A stretch of DNA of 64,000 bases from NCBI RefSeq assembly GCF_006345805.1, contig NC_043015.1, forward strand, positions 3,720,001 to 3,784,000. The letters run 5' to 3'. Shown in pieces: positions 41,470 through 58,143 of this stretch. This DNA comes from Octopus sinensis (lineage: Eukaryota). The number at the start of each line of letters is the position of its first letter. Position 1 is the first letter of the stretch. The position numbers and the translations under genes were made by a program. The notes under the pieces were generated by a model. It had not been told where the DNA came from, ran no database searches, and saw only the letters and a program-made list of their open reading frames with translations.

Positions 41470-43500
41470 GCAGCCCAGTATACCCATCGTGATTATCAGT
41501 CTGATAAGGGTACAACAGGCACATGCATCACAAACATATGTGCGCGACATGATTATTTCTTATCAAGATAAACAGCGCATTACTTTGCAGGTGAGGTCCA
41601 GTTAGAGTTTTCTTCAGGTCGAATAACCCATCCCGCTCACAAGGTCCCATAGTGACGCCCTTACGGTTACTGTATTGAAAGTGTTTTACGTAGGATATGT
41701 GCGGTCCTTAGTAGTGCTATTTTCTGTGTTATATATATTTGTTAGTTTTGGTGTTGTTATTATGCACTTGTCGGAATTTTATTTTTATGAAACCTAATGC
41801 GCCTACTATGATATGAAATCTTTCTTGTTTTAGGCTGCACATTCAATTTACTTCTATTTCCAGGTCTTTGTATTTTGAAATGTTTTCTGTTTCACTTAGA
41901 GAGACATTGCCATCTGTTGGTATCGATGCATCTTTTAGAAAACATTTTCGCTTGATAATATCTGTCAAATATATACGGCGTATTGGTCTTCATTTCTCTG
42001 TGTGTTTATTGGCAAGTACAATTGTATGGTTGCTTTCTCATTTTGTATGACTTTTTTGTGGAGTGTGCTTACACAATCTTTTTTTCTGTTGTTATTCCAT
42101 AGTTTTGACATAGCCTCCTGTGTATATAGATGCGAACTTTGTCGTGTCTGTGAATATATTCCTTCTTAGCTAGTGCTGGGCAGCCTGAACCTATATGACT
42201 AATTGGTTCTTATCTGTTTCCACATAATCTGCAATCACTCGTATATATTTTCATTATATGTTTTGATCATTTCTGCAATTAAAAATCTGTCTCTTTCTGG
42301 TTTGTTGGGATTTCGTCTAATTCGTTTGCGTTTAGGTTAATCCACATTTTGCCATGAAGAGGATTTTCTCGCCATCGTTTTTTCATGATCTCTTGCTGCC
42401 CCTCTTTTATCTTTGATTTCAGTGGTTTTACAGCTTTAGTTGTTCATTCTTTTCTTCGTAGTTTTCAGGTCCTATAACTTCTTTTTTGTATTTGTCAACT
42501 TCTTTACAAACGGAATACAGATTTTTTGCTGTTCCCGTGATGTGTGGTTATTTGCATTAGCTTCCTTTGCTTCTGAAGTTGGTATTCCTGCGGTCCGATG
42601 GTGGTTATTTTGTAATAGCTTTCTAGTTGTATAAGGCCTCTTCCACCTTCCGTACGTTGAATATATAATCCTTCTGTCATATTTTTTTGGTGCAGCCTAC
42701 ATCCTGTAATTATTTTCCTTGTTTTTCTGTTTAGTTTGATTAGCTGATTCAGAGTCCAGTTAAGTATATCGTAGCTGTAACTTATAACTGAGACTGCGAG
42801 AGATTTGCTATCTATTATCTTGTATTCCGTATTCAGTTTTGTTTTCAGTATTAATCTAATTCGTGTATAGTATTCTTTTCTTATCTTTTTCATTTGCGTG
42901 CGTTGTATCGTATCTCGTTCGTTGATTCCAAAGTATTTGTATGTCTGGCTTTCATCTAATTTTCTTATTTCATTTGCTATATCTATTATAATGTTGCTAC
43001 TCTAAACTAGCTTCCCTCATTTCAATGCTGCTTTGGCACGTTATTCTAAGCGAAATGTCGTGTTTATTTCTTTGGGAAATCCATGTACTGTCTGTAGTAC
43101 TGTTTGCAGCTGTTCATCATCTGTAGTGTAGTTTTAGTTTTAACTATATATAAGAGATGGCTGATTGTTTTGTCGTGATAGTTGTATCCATATGCAGTTC
43201 TGTTTAACATGTCAGATAAAAGTGTCAATGCCATGCAGAAAAGGAGTCGGTGCTGCGTTAATCTCTTTTCTTTTTGCGAAGTTCTTGGTAGAAACAGTTG
43301 CGGTTGGAGTTGAACTGTTTATATTAATCAAAGAAACGTTGGTATTTCATATACCGGCGGATTCTCCGCGCTTCGGCGAGGTTATTTTGCTTTAGCAGTT
43401 CTTTTACATACGGTATACCTTACTCTGTAATTTTGTATTTACATAGTATTTTGCTTCTCTTCTAGTGGCTTAGTAGTGTTGATTGTCTACTGGTTTCATA
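41470..43500 (-). mobile_element. Dong/R4 subfamily C, decayed and internally deleted
   Basis: Minus ORF 42504-42893 (KIRKEYYTRIRLILKTKLN...YIQRTEGGRGLIQLE) and RLE end near 41670-41950. The 3' segment 41470-41648 matches the ~555-bp element; (ATT)n at 41245-41469. Confidence 0.88.
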
Positions 43501-43790
43501 GGTGCGAGGCATTAGTGAAAAGTTCCTGATTTGGACCGAAAGATGATATAGGAGGACAGTTAATTATGATTATCTTCAACATATTTTCCACTCATATTCA
43601 CACAATTATTGCAGCGGTCCATCAGTATTTCTAAGCTTTCTAAAAGAACTCAGAATATTTGACCTCCATTCATGCCTTTCGGGAAACCTTTAAATGCGGA
43701 ACATTCAACTTACCCTTCTATCCGTATCCATCTGTCTATCTATTTGTTTAAACAAACACACACAGACACAAGCACCCCCACCCCACAGAC

Positions 43791-43830
<40 letters not shown>

Positions 43831-44364
43831 CCCTATCAATTGGGAATTAATTTGTACTGGAAACTATGCAAACCGGGAACCAAAGAATGTGACCTATGTA
43901 CCGGGAACCAAAGAATGTGACCTATGTTTAGAAAAAACCTACCAGATTTTTACGTCCAAGTGTAATCTAATAATTTCTTGACAGGAATAAGCTTTCAGAT
44001 GCTGCCATTTGAGGGAATTCCCTTTTGCCATGTACAAATAAGTGATAAACGTTTAAACAAAATAATTGATTGAAAGAGAGGACTATAATTCATTAAGCAA
44101 TCGAATCTTCAATTGGAGATTATTCGAGTCTAATTTAACGGACAACTCTACATCATTACACATAATGCAGATGAACGAAAACTTTTAACAGTTAAATCGA
44201 AAGATATTATGTAAAGATATTGAAGAGACTGCACCGGCCTTATAATACGGTTGCAATAGCAACGGGTACTAATCGGTGCATTCGAAACAGGTAAATATCT
44301 ATGTAAAGCAATATATATATATTAAAGGACTCAAAGGCAATATTATGCAACGTCGTGATAATAC

Positions 44365-44405
<41 letters not shown>

Positions 44406-44628
44406 GCTGATATGATATACACCAGAAAAAATTACACGGTGACAGTAATATGTTCAGAATAATCCAACAAAATATAACTAAGTTCTGACTTATAATAACA
44501 TTAGTGGATCTATATATTAACTGTTGTATAACCTATTTTGAGCGAATAACCGCTTTGGGGGTAATCCCTAAAGCCAAATATATATGTATCTGTACGTGCT
44601 TATGTGTGTATGTGTGTCTATCTCTTTA

Positions 44629-44726
<98 letters not shown>

Positions 44727-45252
44727 TATATATGTGTGTGTGTGCGTGAACACATACACATGCAGACACATACTTATGCATGTTGACGCATCTAATTTTG
44801 ACTTCTGAATAAATATATATATAAAGGAAAGAGAAACAACACCTAAACAATATGAGTAACGACTATGCGAGAAAGAATACAGAAAATACATAAAAGTGAA
44901 TGCAAATAATTAGTGAATTAAAATGAATGGCAAACATTCATATTAGTTAATTAAAATAATGCGTAAGCAAAAAGGAGATATCTTTTAGGATCCGAGATGA
45001 AAGAGATTGCATGAACAATTAGGAATATGTATTACGATACAGCAGTACAGGAAAATAGCAGCGAATGCAAAATGTAAAATAAGTTCTGAGAGACGTAATG
45101 GAAAATCAAATAAAAGATTCATGAGAATTAGCCATTGTGTAAATTAAATGTGAAATACACAAAGAAAATTATATTGACACACATATACATATATTCATAT
45201 ACATGCGAACACTCACACACATATGTTACATATATATATTTATATGTGTATG

Positions 45253-45286
<34 letters not shown>

Positions 45287-45289
45287 TAG

Positions 45290-45320
<31 letters not shown>

Positions 45321-45364
45321 CGACATATGCATACATACACACATATACATAAATGCATGTATAC

Positions 45365-45429
<65 letters not shown>

Positions 45430-47479
45430 ATACATACATATACATATATAAATATACCATTTCCAATTATGCTGTCACATCCTGTAAGGATATCTTAAAT
45501 GTGAGCTATAGTATATTAGACGTAGAATATGAATGAAAGCTAATTATATAAGCATTTGCTTTATATTATTTTTGAATGTAAAATATTGATTGTATACCCA
45601 TAACAATCATTTTTGTATATGTTATGCAATCTTAACAAAATAGTTATGTTTTTGCTGATGACCTTTACAAAATATTTCTCTATGACGCTATTTAGAATAA
45701 TACATTGGAATTAACCCTTAACCTGGTAAGTTTTGATCATCTAAATGTGTAATTGAACAATTTCACATCATATTTCCTCTGTTATATTGTACATTCATGT
45801 TTAGTTGCACGTTAATATTTTGATTGTATGCAGCCATGAATGCATTCTTCTGGGCAATTAAGAGAATATTAACTTATCACTGATTACTTTACATTCGTTT
45901 CACGTGAGTTCAATGCAGATCCCTTTGTTGAAGAGTTTAATTTCATGCAACTTAATACACACCATTGATATTGCATTGTTAGTTCATCGAGATGAGTTAA
46001 TGACTCTAGGCAAACCTTATTGATTAGAAAGTGCAACAGAGTGCAAGTAAAAATTGTAATTGATGAAGGGATGCGTTGTACTCATTTACGATAAATCCAA
46101 TCTCTTATTGAATCAATTAGGGCTGAAAAGTATTTTTGTTTGATTTCTAATATTAAGAACTCATCATTTCACAATATTCAACATGTTTCGTACGCGCAGA
46201 TGGTCTTCGGTGAATCACGCAACTTGTCATTTCAACATGTTAACTATAATTTTACATTGATGATTTATTGTGGTTAATATTTGAATAAATATTTAATCAT
46301 AACTTCAGGGCTATTTCCATGATCATTAATAACCACATCCCCATGAATATTTTTATTGTCATTTTCATTGCCTACTTCACAGCTGTCGTTATCGTCTCCA
46401 AAGCCAACGTCTCCGTTCTGGCAATTGTCGTCTCCTTCGATCTCATGAACGTGATGATTGGGATTATATTTAACTTCATCTAATTTACCGTGGTCACTAA
46501 GTTTACATTAACTGGCTAACATTTGATACTTTTGATTGTCTGTAAAAGTAATTTGAGCATTTATCCTCTTATCTGTACACAAAACATTTGGCTCCCGCTC
46601 GCTTATCTGAAGAAACAGATATATCATTTGCTTCATTATTCTAAAATAGCGGTGTGATAGGTTACACTCTTATCTAAAATATCCTGACCGTATGTAAAAA
46701 ACAGTGCTAACTTCTAGTTTATCAGCAATTCTACAACGCCTTTTGCATTTCAGCGCAATGTGTGCTTGTTGGAAGTTTCTAACATGGTCCATATATGTAT
46801 ATATATACATACCCACACACACATACATGTATATATGTAGCCACACACACACATATATATATATATATAGATATACTCATTATCTTTGATTAAACTTTTA
46901 ATACTTTTGATATATATTTAAAATAATATAAATAATATAAATAATATAAAGTTTTTCATTGTTTGATTTGCCTAATAGTGGTTTTATCTCTAATTTAGTA
47001 TAATATATATATATATATACATATATTTATATATATATATATATATATATATGGATGCGGGTGTGAGCTGGATTGCGTGTTAGTTTCTCTTTTGCGATCT
47101 GTGATTTTATTTTTGATCTTCTATAGAAGTGAAGATATTTCTTCCATCTGTCTGATTTGTTTTCTTCAAAACGACAGGTTACATTGCGGAACTGTTATTT
47201 TAACGAGTTCTACGTATTTATCACCCGACGAGATGTATATGCACCACCGGATGCTCCAGGGTGACACACATATGTGGGATCGATGCTACATGTGCCGAAG
47301 CAATTGTGATTAAAATTAAATTTTTGTATATTCCATTTTCCGTCTTACAATTGCCATATTCATAACGATCACTGTGAAAGTGATTGCTTTATCAAGTACC
47401 TACCAAGTATAAACCATTTATTTTATTATTCATTAACCCTAACCAATTTCCGATTTCCGGGAGGAGGGTGCTATACGGC

Positions 47480-48270
47480 AGAGATAAAAAAACACTGAAT
47501 GTTTCGCTAAAGAACATACCTATAATCTGTAGGAAGGATTATATACGCGACTGTATGGAGAAAACGAACCAATTTGTACGACGAATGCGCTGGAAAGCTT
47601 TCGTTTTTCGACAAGGAGCTTAAACCGAACGACAAACTTGGACATGGCGAGCTACTAAGAAAAGTAGTATTCAAATTTAGAATGAACTCAGCGTAACCAA
47701 AATCTAACCAGATTTGAAGACGAATTTTAGTGTTTGGTGAAGAGTGTGAAGTTCAGTAAGTAACCTAGAAGGTGTAATATACATCAGCAGAAAATCAGGA
47801 AATTATTTATCAACAAAGCTCCGGTCATACATGTACCAGCGGAGAAAACATGTAACGTTGACATTGTTGATATTGAGCTGTATAAATCTATAATTAAGAA
47901 GGAATTACGCAGCAAATATAGACACCCTAGTAACGAGGTATTAAAAAGAATTAATAATGAAGGGCTACAAATAGTCAGGGATCTATCCATAAGTGATAGA
48001 ATCGAATCGTACGACATGGAAAATCCCATATTATCCTTCATGAAAATACATTTTAGTAAATTTTTAAATATTTTGCTGTATCTTCCCTTGCCAGATAGCA
48101 AATTTCTCGACAACTGAATTTATTTCGCAAACAACAGCTCCGCTGATGACTTACCAGCTGGTGTATTTGTACATGGTGTCACATGGTATACTCTTAAGAA
48201 TTTTTGTAGAGACACCTCAGCTGTGACTTCCTTAATCGACTATCGAATAGTTACATGATAATTCTCAAAT
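47480..48270 (+). mobile_element. Penelope-like element, N-terminal/RT-proximal ORF remnant
   Basis: SLKNIPII...EKTNQFVRRMRWKAF and VPAEKTCNV...INNEGLQIVRDLSISDRIE are typical PLE N-terminal motifs. May extend, degraded, to ~48.9 kb. Confidence 0.75.
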
Positions 48271-49514
48271 ACCAACGCCACTAAAAATAATTGAACACAG
48301 ATCCACAAGCGTAAGAAAAAGAGTTCTTGGATGTGGATGTCAAAACGAAATGAATATTAAATACGTAACTGTATGAAAGAAAATAATTTTTTATTTTCAG
48401 ATATCTACTTACATAATTCTGCATTACATTCATCCAAATGTTTGTTCCCTCGTGGATTTTAGATACTGTGCATTCAAACATTGATGAATGCCACATTTCA
48501 CTAGTGTTTACACGATGCCTTAAAATACTAGTGCCTTCCCTCCTTAGCCGACTCATTGCTAAAGGGCTACATTTCCAGGGGTATCTAGTCTATCTAACTA
48601 GTGTTTCACAATTGAAAGCTTGCCATTATCTTTTCTAAAGATAAAGGGCTTTTCTAAACTACTACAAACCTCGTTATATCCAGAACAAGATTTTTTTTAA
48701 ATGCCTTGTATTTGATGAGATTTGCTAACCTCTGCTCACACATGTTAATGAAGTAAAGTGAGATTTTAGAATTAATAGTAATGCTTCAATACACTTCCCC
48801 AGCCACCAGCCTGCAACATAACTATTAAATGTAGAGCGTAAGACTTATTTAAGGTATTAAATAGGAATTTGAATCTCCATTAACCGACCAAGCACATTCA
48901 TAAAAGTTCATGTACTTCTTTCCAAAACGAATTCTACCTTATTATCTCGGAAATTTTTTTACACATATATACATTATTATTTAGTTCTTATACATTAGTG
49001 TGTGGTCTTATATTGACATTTCACAATTCTTCTAAGATTTACGGAGGAGTAATTTTTCTTTCTATCATTACCGGATCAGTGCTTCTTCTATATACATCTT
49101 TTCTAATCACGTAAAAGAACGCATGTGTCTTCCATTGCAATTCAACGCCCTATACCTGTGATACATGATAGTGAAGTATTATTCAAAAAGCATCTAGCTG
49201 CTAAAAATCAAAGAATTATATATCGCATTCCTGCACGTTCTCTTGCTGCTTAAGTTAATTTGGCTGCGATAATGTCAGAATATATATATATATTATTTAC
49301 CTAATACAGTAGATACATATTATCACAATGTTCTCTAATGTCAGCTTGCCCTTTGAGTTTTACTCCCATCTTTGTGAGGACGTCTTCTAAAAATATACAT
49401 ATCCATTTATAGCTGGTTTATAGTTCATACGCTTCAAAAGAATTGAATATATTATCATACACACGAGACACTGTGGCAGGAAACATGATCGAATCAATCC
49501 AATGGCAAAATAAT

Positions 49515-49755
49515 AATAATGAAACTAATAATAATAATAATAATACCAATAATAATAATAATAATAATAATTATTATTATTATTATTCGTAATATAAATA
49601 TTTTTATTATTATTATTATTATTATTAGTAGTAGTAGTAGTAGTAGTAGCAGCAGCAGCAGCAGCAGTATCAGTAGTAGTTGTAGTGGTAGTAGCAACAG
49701 CAGCAGTGGTAGTGGTAGTAGTAGTATTAGTATTAGTAGTATTAGTAGTAGTGTA
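49515..49755. repeat. Compound (AAT)/(ATT)/(AGT)/(AGC) microsatellite
   Basis: Direct reading. Confidence 0.93.
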
Positions 49756-49974
49756 TATAGCTGGGCATGCTACGTGTATGACCCTTTTGTCTTCTTTCTC
49801 AAATAACACTTTCTCTTGTTTCCTATTCTGTATCTCACGATCGTTCTCGTGAAACTAATTTTAATTGTGAACATCTCTCCTTGTTTGAAAAGGAAATCCG
49901 AGACTGGAAGCCGGTTGTGGCAGTTTCCACAGTTTGGGCGTCCACATTACTATCATTATTATTATAGCGACAAC

Positions 49975-50042
49975 AAATTACCTCTCTTTATTTATCTACT
50001 TGTGAAGTCATTCACAAGTAGATAAATAAAGAGAGGTAATTT
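49975..50042. repeat. Perfect 32-bp hairpin with 4-nt loop
   Basis: AAATTACCTCTCTTTATTTATCTACTTGTGAA-gtca-TTCACAAGTAGATAAATAAAGAGAGGTAATTT. Confidence 0.95.
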
Positions 50043-50199
50043 CTTTAGACAGAACATGGACAAAATTTCTTTTTAAAGAAAAAATATAAATTCAAATAAG
50101 TAAAACATAATATCATGAATAGCGATAGAGAAACCGGTCGACATATTAAAAATTATATTAAAACTATGTAAGTGTGCGTATTTTCCTTTTTTAATTTCT

Positions 50200-50232
<33 letters not shown>

Positions 50233-50242
50233 TATAATATTC

Positions 50243-50277
<35 letters not shown>

Positions 50278-50381
50278 CCGGAGTAAACACATAAATGTGA
50301 AACAAGGTGGAAAAAAGAGTACTCAAATACCAGTGGTAGAGTAATATGCTTTATTTTAAGCAGCAGAAAATTCAACAAAAT

Positions 50382-50419
50382 CTGTTACTCTGAGTTTCTC
50401 GTTGCCGTTCATCAGACAG
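50382..50419 (-). ncRNA. Minimal type I hammerhead ribozyme
   Basis: CTGT-CTGATGA-aCG-gcaa-CGa-GAA-ACTC-a-GAGT-A-ACAG. Near-palindromic stem III, GUA site after 50386. Confidence 0.75.
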
Positions 50420-50889
50420 TTCTTGCTAGAATGGAACTATATATTAATTCAATCTCTATACTCTTACAAACGCTACACCTTTAAAAAGAAATGGACTTGT
50501 TTGATTGGCCCTTTAGAAAAAACGGTCAATCTTCGAGCGATAAACAAAAAGGTCAAAAATATATGTATATATATATAAAAACTTATAAAAATTATAAAAT
50601 CCGAGGAAAATACCGAGGAAAAAACCTGTTGCCGTAATGAAGACAGTACAAATTAATGCATAGAAATTAAACCTGTTATAAATACTGCAATACATATTTA
50701 TATTAAAATCCACATATATATATCAACATACACAAAAGGATGCGCGTAAACGCCATACATACATATACAGACGTATGAATATGAATCTAAATTATACACA
50801 TAAAAGCATGTGTACATATATTCACGCAAAACGTCTCGCACGCAAGCTAAAATTCATCTATGTAGCAATTCTCATATACTGAACAAGAT

Positions 50890-51180
50890 TTTATTCTCAT
50901 AAGAATTCTTTTAAATACCCAGAGAATAGAAAGAAAACCAGCCTAGCAAAATATGTCTGGGAACTAAAAGAAAAGGAGCCCACCTTTCAACGTGACATGG
51001 AGCATTCTGGACAGGGCGGCACCATACAGGCATGGAGCTTACAAATATAATTTCAAGTGCAAGCTTTGCTTATTAGAAAATGCATATATTATTCAAAGAC
51101 AATAATTCTTTGAATCAAAGAAGTGAATTAATGAACTTATGTAGGCACAAGGCTAAATTTAAAATGTCGAATAAAATATA
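50890..51180 (+). pseudogene. PLE GIY-YIG endonuclease C-terminal remnant
   Basis: KTSLAKYVWELKEK...VTWSILDRAAPY...CKLCLLE...LNQRSELMNLCRHKAKFKM (frameshifted). Confidence 0.85.
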
Positions 51181-52192
51181 CCATATGGATAGAGTATATA
51201 TTTTGTATTTTGATTTTTTGATTTTGATTTTGACTCTTGAGCGCTGCAACGGACCTATAGCAAAGTCTTATTGTTTCTACATATATATAGGAAAAACCTA
51301 CAAACTTTGTTTTCATGTTATTGTATTGCATAAGATTACCTTGATTATTTATATTACCTTGATATTTATAAATGACCAAAATAGGATGTTATATTTATTT
51401 TATAGGTCTTTCGTATATATTTTTATTAATGCACCGAATTTTTAAAAGCAATTTTTTTATATAAAAAAAGCAATGTTGTCAAATTTAGAATGTTTATATA
51501 AGTTTGTGTATAGCAAGCATATGTATTTGTAAGCATACGTATCTGTGTATGTGTAAGTGAAAGTATGCTTGTGCTTAAGCACGCATACACACGACGGTAT
51601 GTATATGTATCGATTCAACTTGTGTATGTATACTGGCCTCTATAGATGCCAAATAACATCGCTACAAATTTTTTTCCCCACCCCTCCTTCGTTCCTTTCT
51701 CTCTTTCCCTTTCTTTCGTTCCCCCTCCTTGCTCAGTATATGAGAATTGCTACATAGATGAATTTTAGCTTGCGTGCGAGACGTTTGCGCGTGAATATAT
51801 GTACACATGCTTTTATGTGTATAATTTAGATTATATTCATACGTCTGTATATGTATGTATGGCGTTTACGCGCATCCTTTTGTGTATGTTGATATATATA
51901 TGTGGATTTTATATAAATATGTATTGCAGTATTTATAACAGGTTTAATTTCTATGCATTAATTTGTACTGTCTTCATTAACGGCAACAGGTTTTTTCCTC
52001 GGTATTTTCCTCGGATTTTATAATTTTTATAAGTTTTTATATATATATACATATATTTTTGACCTTTTTGTTATCGCTCGAAGATTGACCGTTTTTTCTA
52101 AAGGGCCAATCAAACAAGTCCATTTCTTTTAAAGGTGTAGCGTTTGTAAGAGTATAGATTGAATTAATATATATGTTCCATTCTAGCAAGAA

Positions 52193-52228
52193 CTGTCTGA
52201 TGAACGCAACGAGAAACTCAGAGTACAG
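52193..52228 (+). ncRNA. Minimal type I hammerhead ribozyme (copy with 1-nt deletions)
   Basis: CTGT-CTGATGA-acgcaacga-GAAACTCAGAGTA-CAG; lacks one G and one A relative to the 50.4-kb copy. Confidence 0.6.
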
Positions 52229-52297
52229 ATTTGTTGAATTTTCTGCTGCTTAAAATAAAGTATATATATATTATATATATTGATATTATATATAATG

Positions 52298-52339
<42 letters not shown>

Positions 52340-52349
<10 letters not shown>

Positions 52350-52540
52350 GGGGTTAATTATCCTCTAACATCGCCTTTCAACAGATGTTGGTGTATTTAC
52401 GTTCCCATAACTTAGCGGTTCGCAAAAAGAAGATGATTGAATGATTACTATGCTAACAAACAAAAAGTCCTTGGGTTGATTTGTTGGACTAAATGTGGTA
52501 CTACCGAATAGTCGCATAGTCGCAATCATAGTGAATGATA
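52340..52540 (+). mobile_element. SINE family A 3' half, degenerate
   Basis: GATGTTGGTGTATTTACGTTCCCATAACTTAGCGGTTCG, as in the other tails. Confidence 0.65.
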
Positions 52541-52699
52541 TAAATAAATGAATAAACTAATATATATGTATATACACATACATACACGCACGCGCGCATA
52601 TCTGTATATATGATTTAACATGTGATTCTGCGTATCAATTTATCTATCAATCCTTTTCTAAACCTATTTCTTTTCCCCTACGTGCTATCCACACTTCGC

Positions 52700-53040
52700 C
52701 ATACAAACTGATCCACCATCTTAAGGGATATTTATTCAAGTTCTCTCACTACTCCATACAAAATCCTTCTCTGCTCACTCTTTTCCGACATATTTAGTTA
52801 TTTATATTCTTTATAAATATATTTACTCATCTACAAATATTATTGCCATCTTCTGTAATTTCTAATTCTGCTATTTTTCTTCCATTTCATCAAGTAATCA
52901 TTGAATTCGTCTATATTTGTTCTAATATATTGATTCTACATAGTTTATCCTTTCAATTCACTTCTCTTCATATAGTCCTCTATCCCCTCGTGATTTTTAT
53001 ATTCTCACATATCAACACCACTAATCCCCAGGATTTTCTC
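52700..53040 (-). pseudogene. Possible decayed Ty3/gypsy RT-RNase H fragment
   Basis: Minus-strand remnants such as SEQRRILYGVVREL loosely resemble gypsy RNase H (EQRY..EREAL.V.YGV). Many stops. Confidence 0.2.
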
Positions 53041-53506
53041 CTCCTCCACTCATTATCCCTCACCCGTTTCCCCTATCATTCTGACTGTTTGCCTCTCTGT
53101 ATTTGTCTCTCTCTCACTCTCTGACATCTGTACATTCTCCCTCTTGTTATTTAAAAGTTGCCTTCGATTACACCGACGATATTTGCAGCACAAATTCTAC
53201 CTGTCACAATATATATTAGAATGTATTAAATAATTAAATGAAGAAGGTATTGCGTAAGAGATGAATTTCCTACTTAATACATAATGATCAGAAATGTACG
53301 TAATAAATGCTTCCAAATTATATTCCTTTGCTTTGAATTCATTACTATATTATATGTGTGTATGTATATGTTTCTTGATGTATATGTATGTGGGCATGTA
53401 TATCTACGAGAAAGTTACGAATCAACTGTATTTAACCTCTAAAAATATTATGCTCTTAAAAAGGAGCACAACAAAGCAGGAACAGGTGGCAAACATTACC
53501 ACTACG

Positions 53507-56770
<3,264 letters not shown>

Positions 56771-56801
56771 TAATAATAATAATGATAATAATAATAATAA
56801 T

Positions 56802-57825
56802 ACTGTTCTCAGTATTTAAGGAAGCTGACAAATACAAACAAGAAATCATACCACCTAATAAACATGAAGAAGAAGAAGAAGATGAAGAAACAACAAAAGC
56901 TATAAAACAAATGAAATCCAAACTAAAAATAGAACAGCAACGAACCATGATAAAACGATGGCAAGAAAAGCCCCTTCATGGTAAATACTGGACTAAACTA
57001 AACGCAAAAGAAATAGACAAGAAAAAATCCCAGCAATGGTTGAGAAGCTCAGGACTCAAAGCAGAAAACAGAGGGATTTTTAATTGCAGCACAAGACCAA
57101 AGCCTCCCCACCAGAAATTACCAAAAACATGTAATGAAAAGAAATATTACAAGTAACTGCAGAATATGTGGAGATGGACAAGAAACAATAAATCATATTA
57201 TCTCTAGCTGCCCAGTCTTGGCTAAGAAGGAATATATTCACAGACATGACAGAGTTGGAACCTACAAACATTGGAAGCTATGCCAACATTATGGAATAAC
57301 AACAGAAAAAAGATGGTATAGGCACACACCAGAAACGGTCAAAGAAAACGAGAAAGCAACCATACTCTGGGATATGCCGATACACACAGATAGAGAAATT
57401 AAGGCCAACAGACCAGATATAGTTGTCAGAGATCATGAAGAAAAAAAATGCTTTCTAATTGATGTATCAATACCGGCTGATGACAACGTGTCTCTAAAGA
57501 AATGGAGAAACTCCCAAAATACAAAGACCTGGAAATAGAGGTAACTAGAATGTGGAATCTGAAAACAGAAACAATTCCTATCATAGTAGGTGCATTAGGC
57601 ATGATAAAAAATATTCAGACAAAAAATACATAACAAAAACACCAGGACTTACAAACACATATAACATACAGACAATTGCACTACTAGGCACTGCACACAT
57701 CCTACGCAGAACACTTTCCATACAATAACCATCAGAGCATCACAACAAATCACAGCACATACCCAAGGCACACAGAGTTTTGCTCGGTAGTGAAGTGAAA
57801 GCACGCTATAAAAATAAAACTACTG
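56802..57825 (+). mobile_element. Dong/R4 subfamily A, 5'-truncated
   Basis: ORF pieces 56782-57156 and 57134-57538; ends AAAACTACTG|AATAAT. Confidence 0.95.
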
Positions 57826-57847
57826 AATAATAATAATAATAATAATA

Positions 57848-57900
<53 letters not shown>

Positions 57901-57919
57901 GTAATAATAATAATAATAA

Positions 57920-58143
57920 CCACAATCCTTTCTACTAAAGCACGAGGCTTTAGTAGAAATATTGATGTGGGAACTACTCGATTACATCGAAGCCTGCATT
58001 TCAATGGTATTTCATTTATCAACCCCCAAATGGTGAAATGCGAAATAGAACTCGGTGTAATTTGAACACAAAATGTAGAGGCAGCTAAAATGCCATTAAA
58101 CATTTCACACGGCGTTCTAACGATTCTACCAACTCGCCGCCTA
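57920..58143 (-). mobile_element. SINE family C
   Basis: CTAACGATTCTACCAACTCGCCGCCT head on the minus strand. Confidence 0.7.

Larger units (their letters stand above)
50277..52260 (+). mobile_element. 5'-truncated Penelope-like element with inverted 5' copy of its 3' end
   Basis: 50349-50887 is the inverse of 51728-52260. The spacer carries the PLE endonuclease C-terminus. Hammerheads lie in both arms; (TA)n flanks. Confidence 0.88.
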
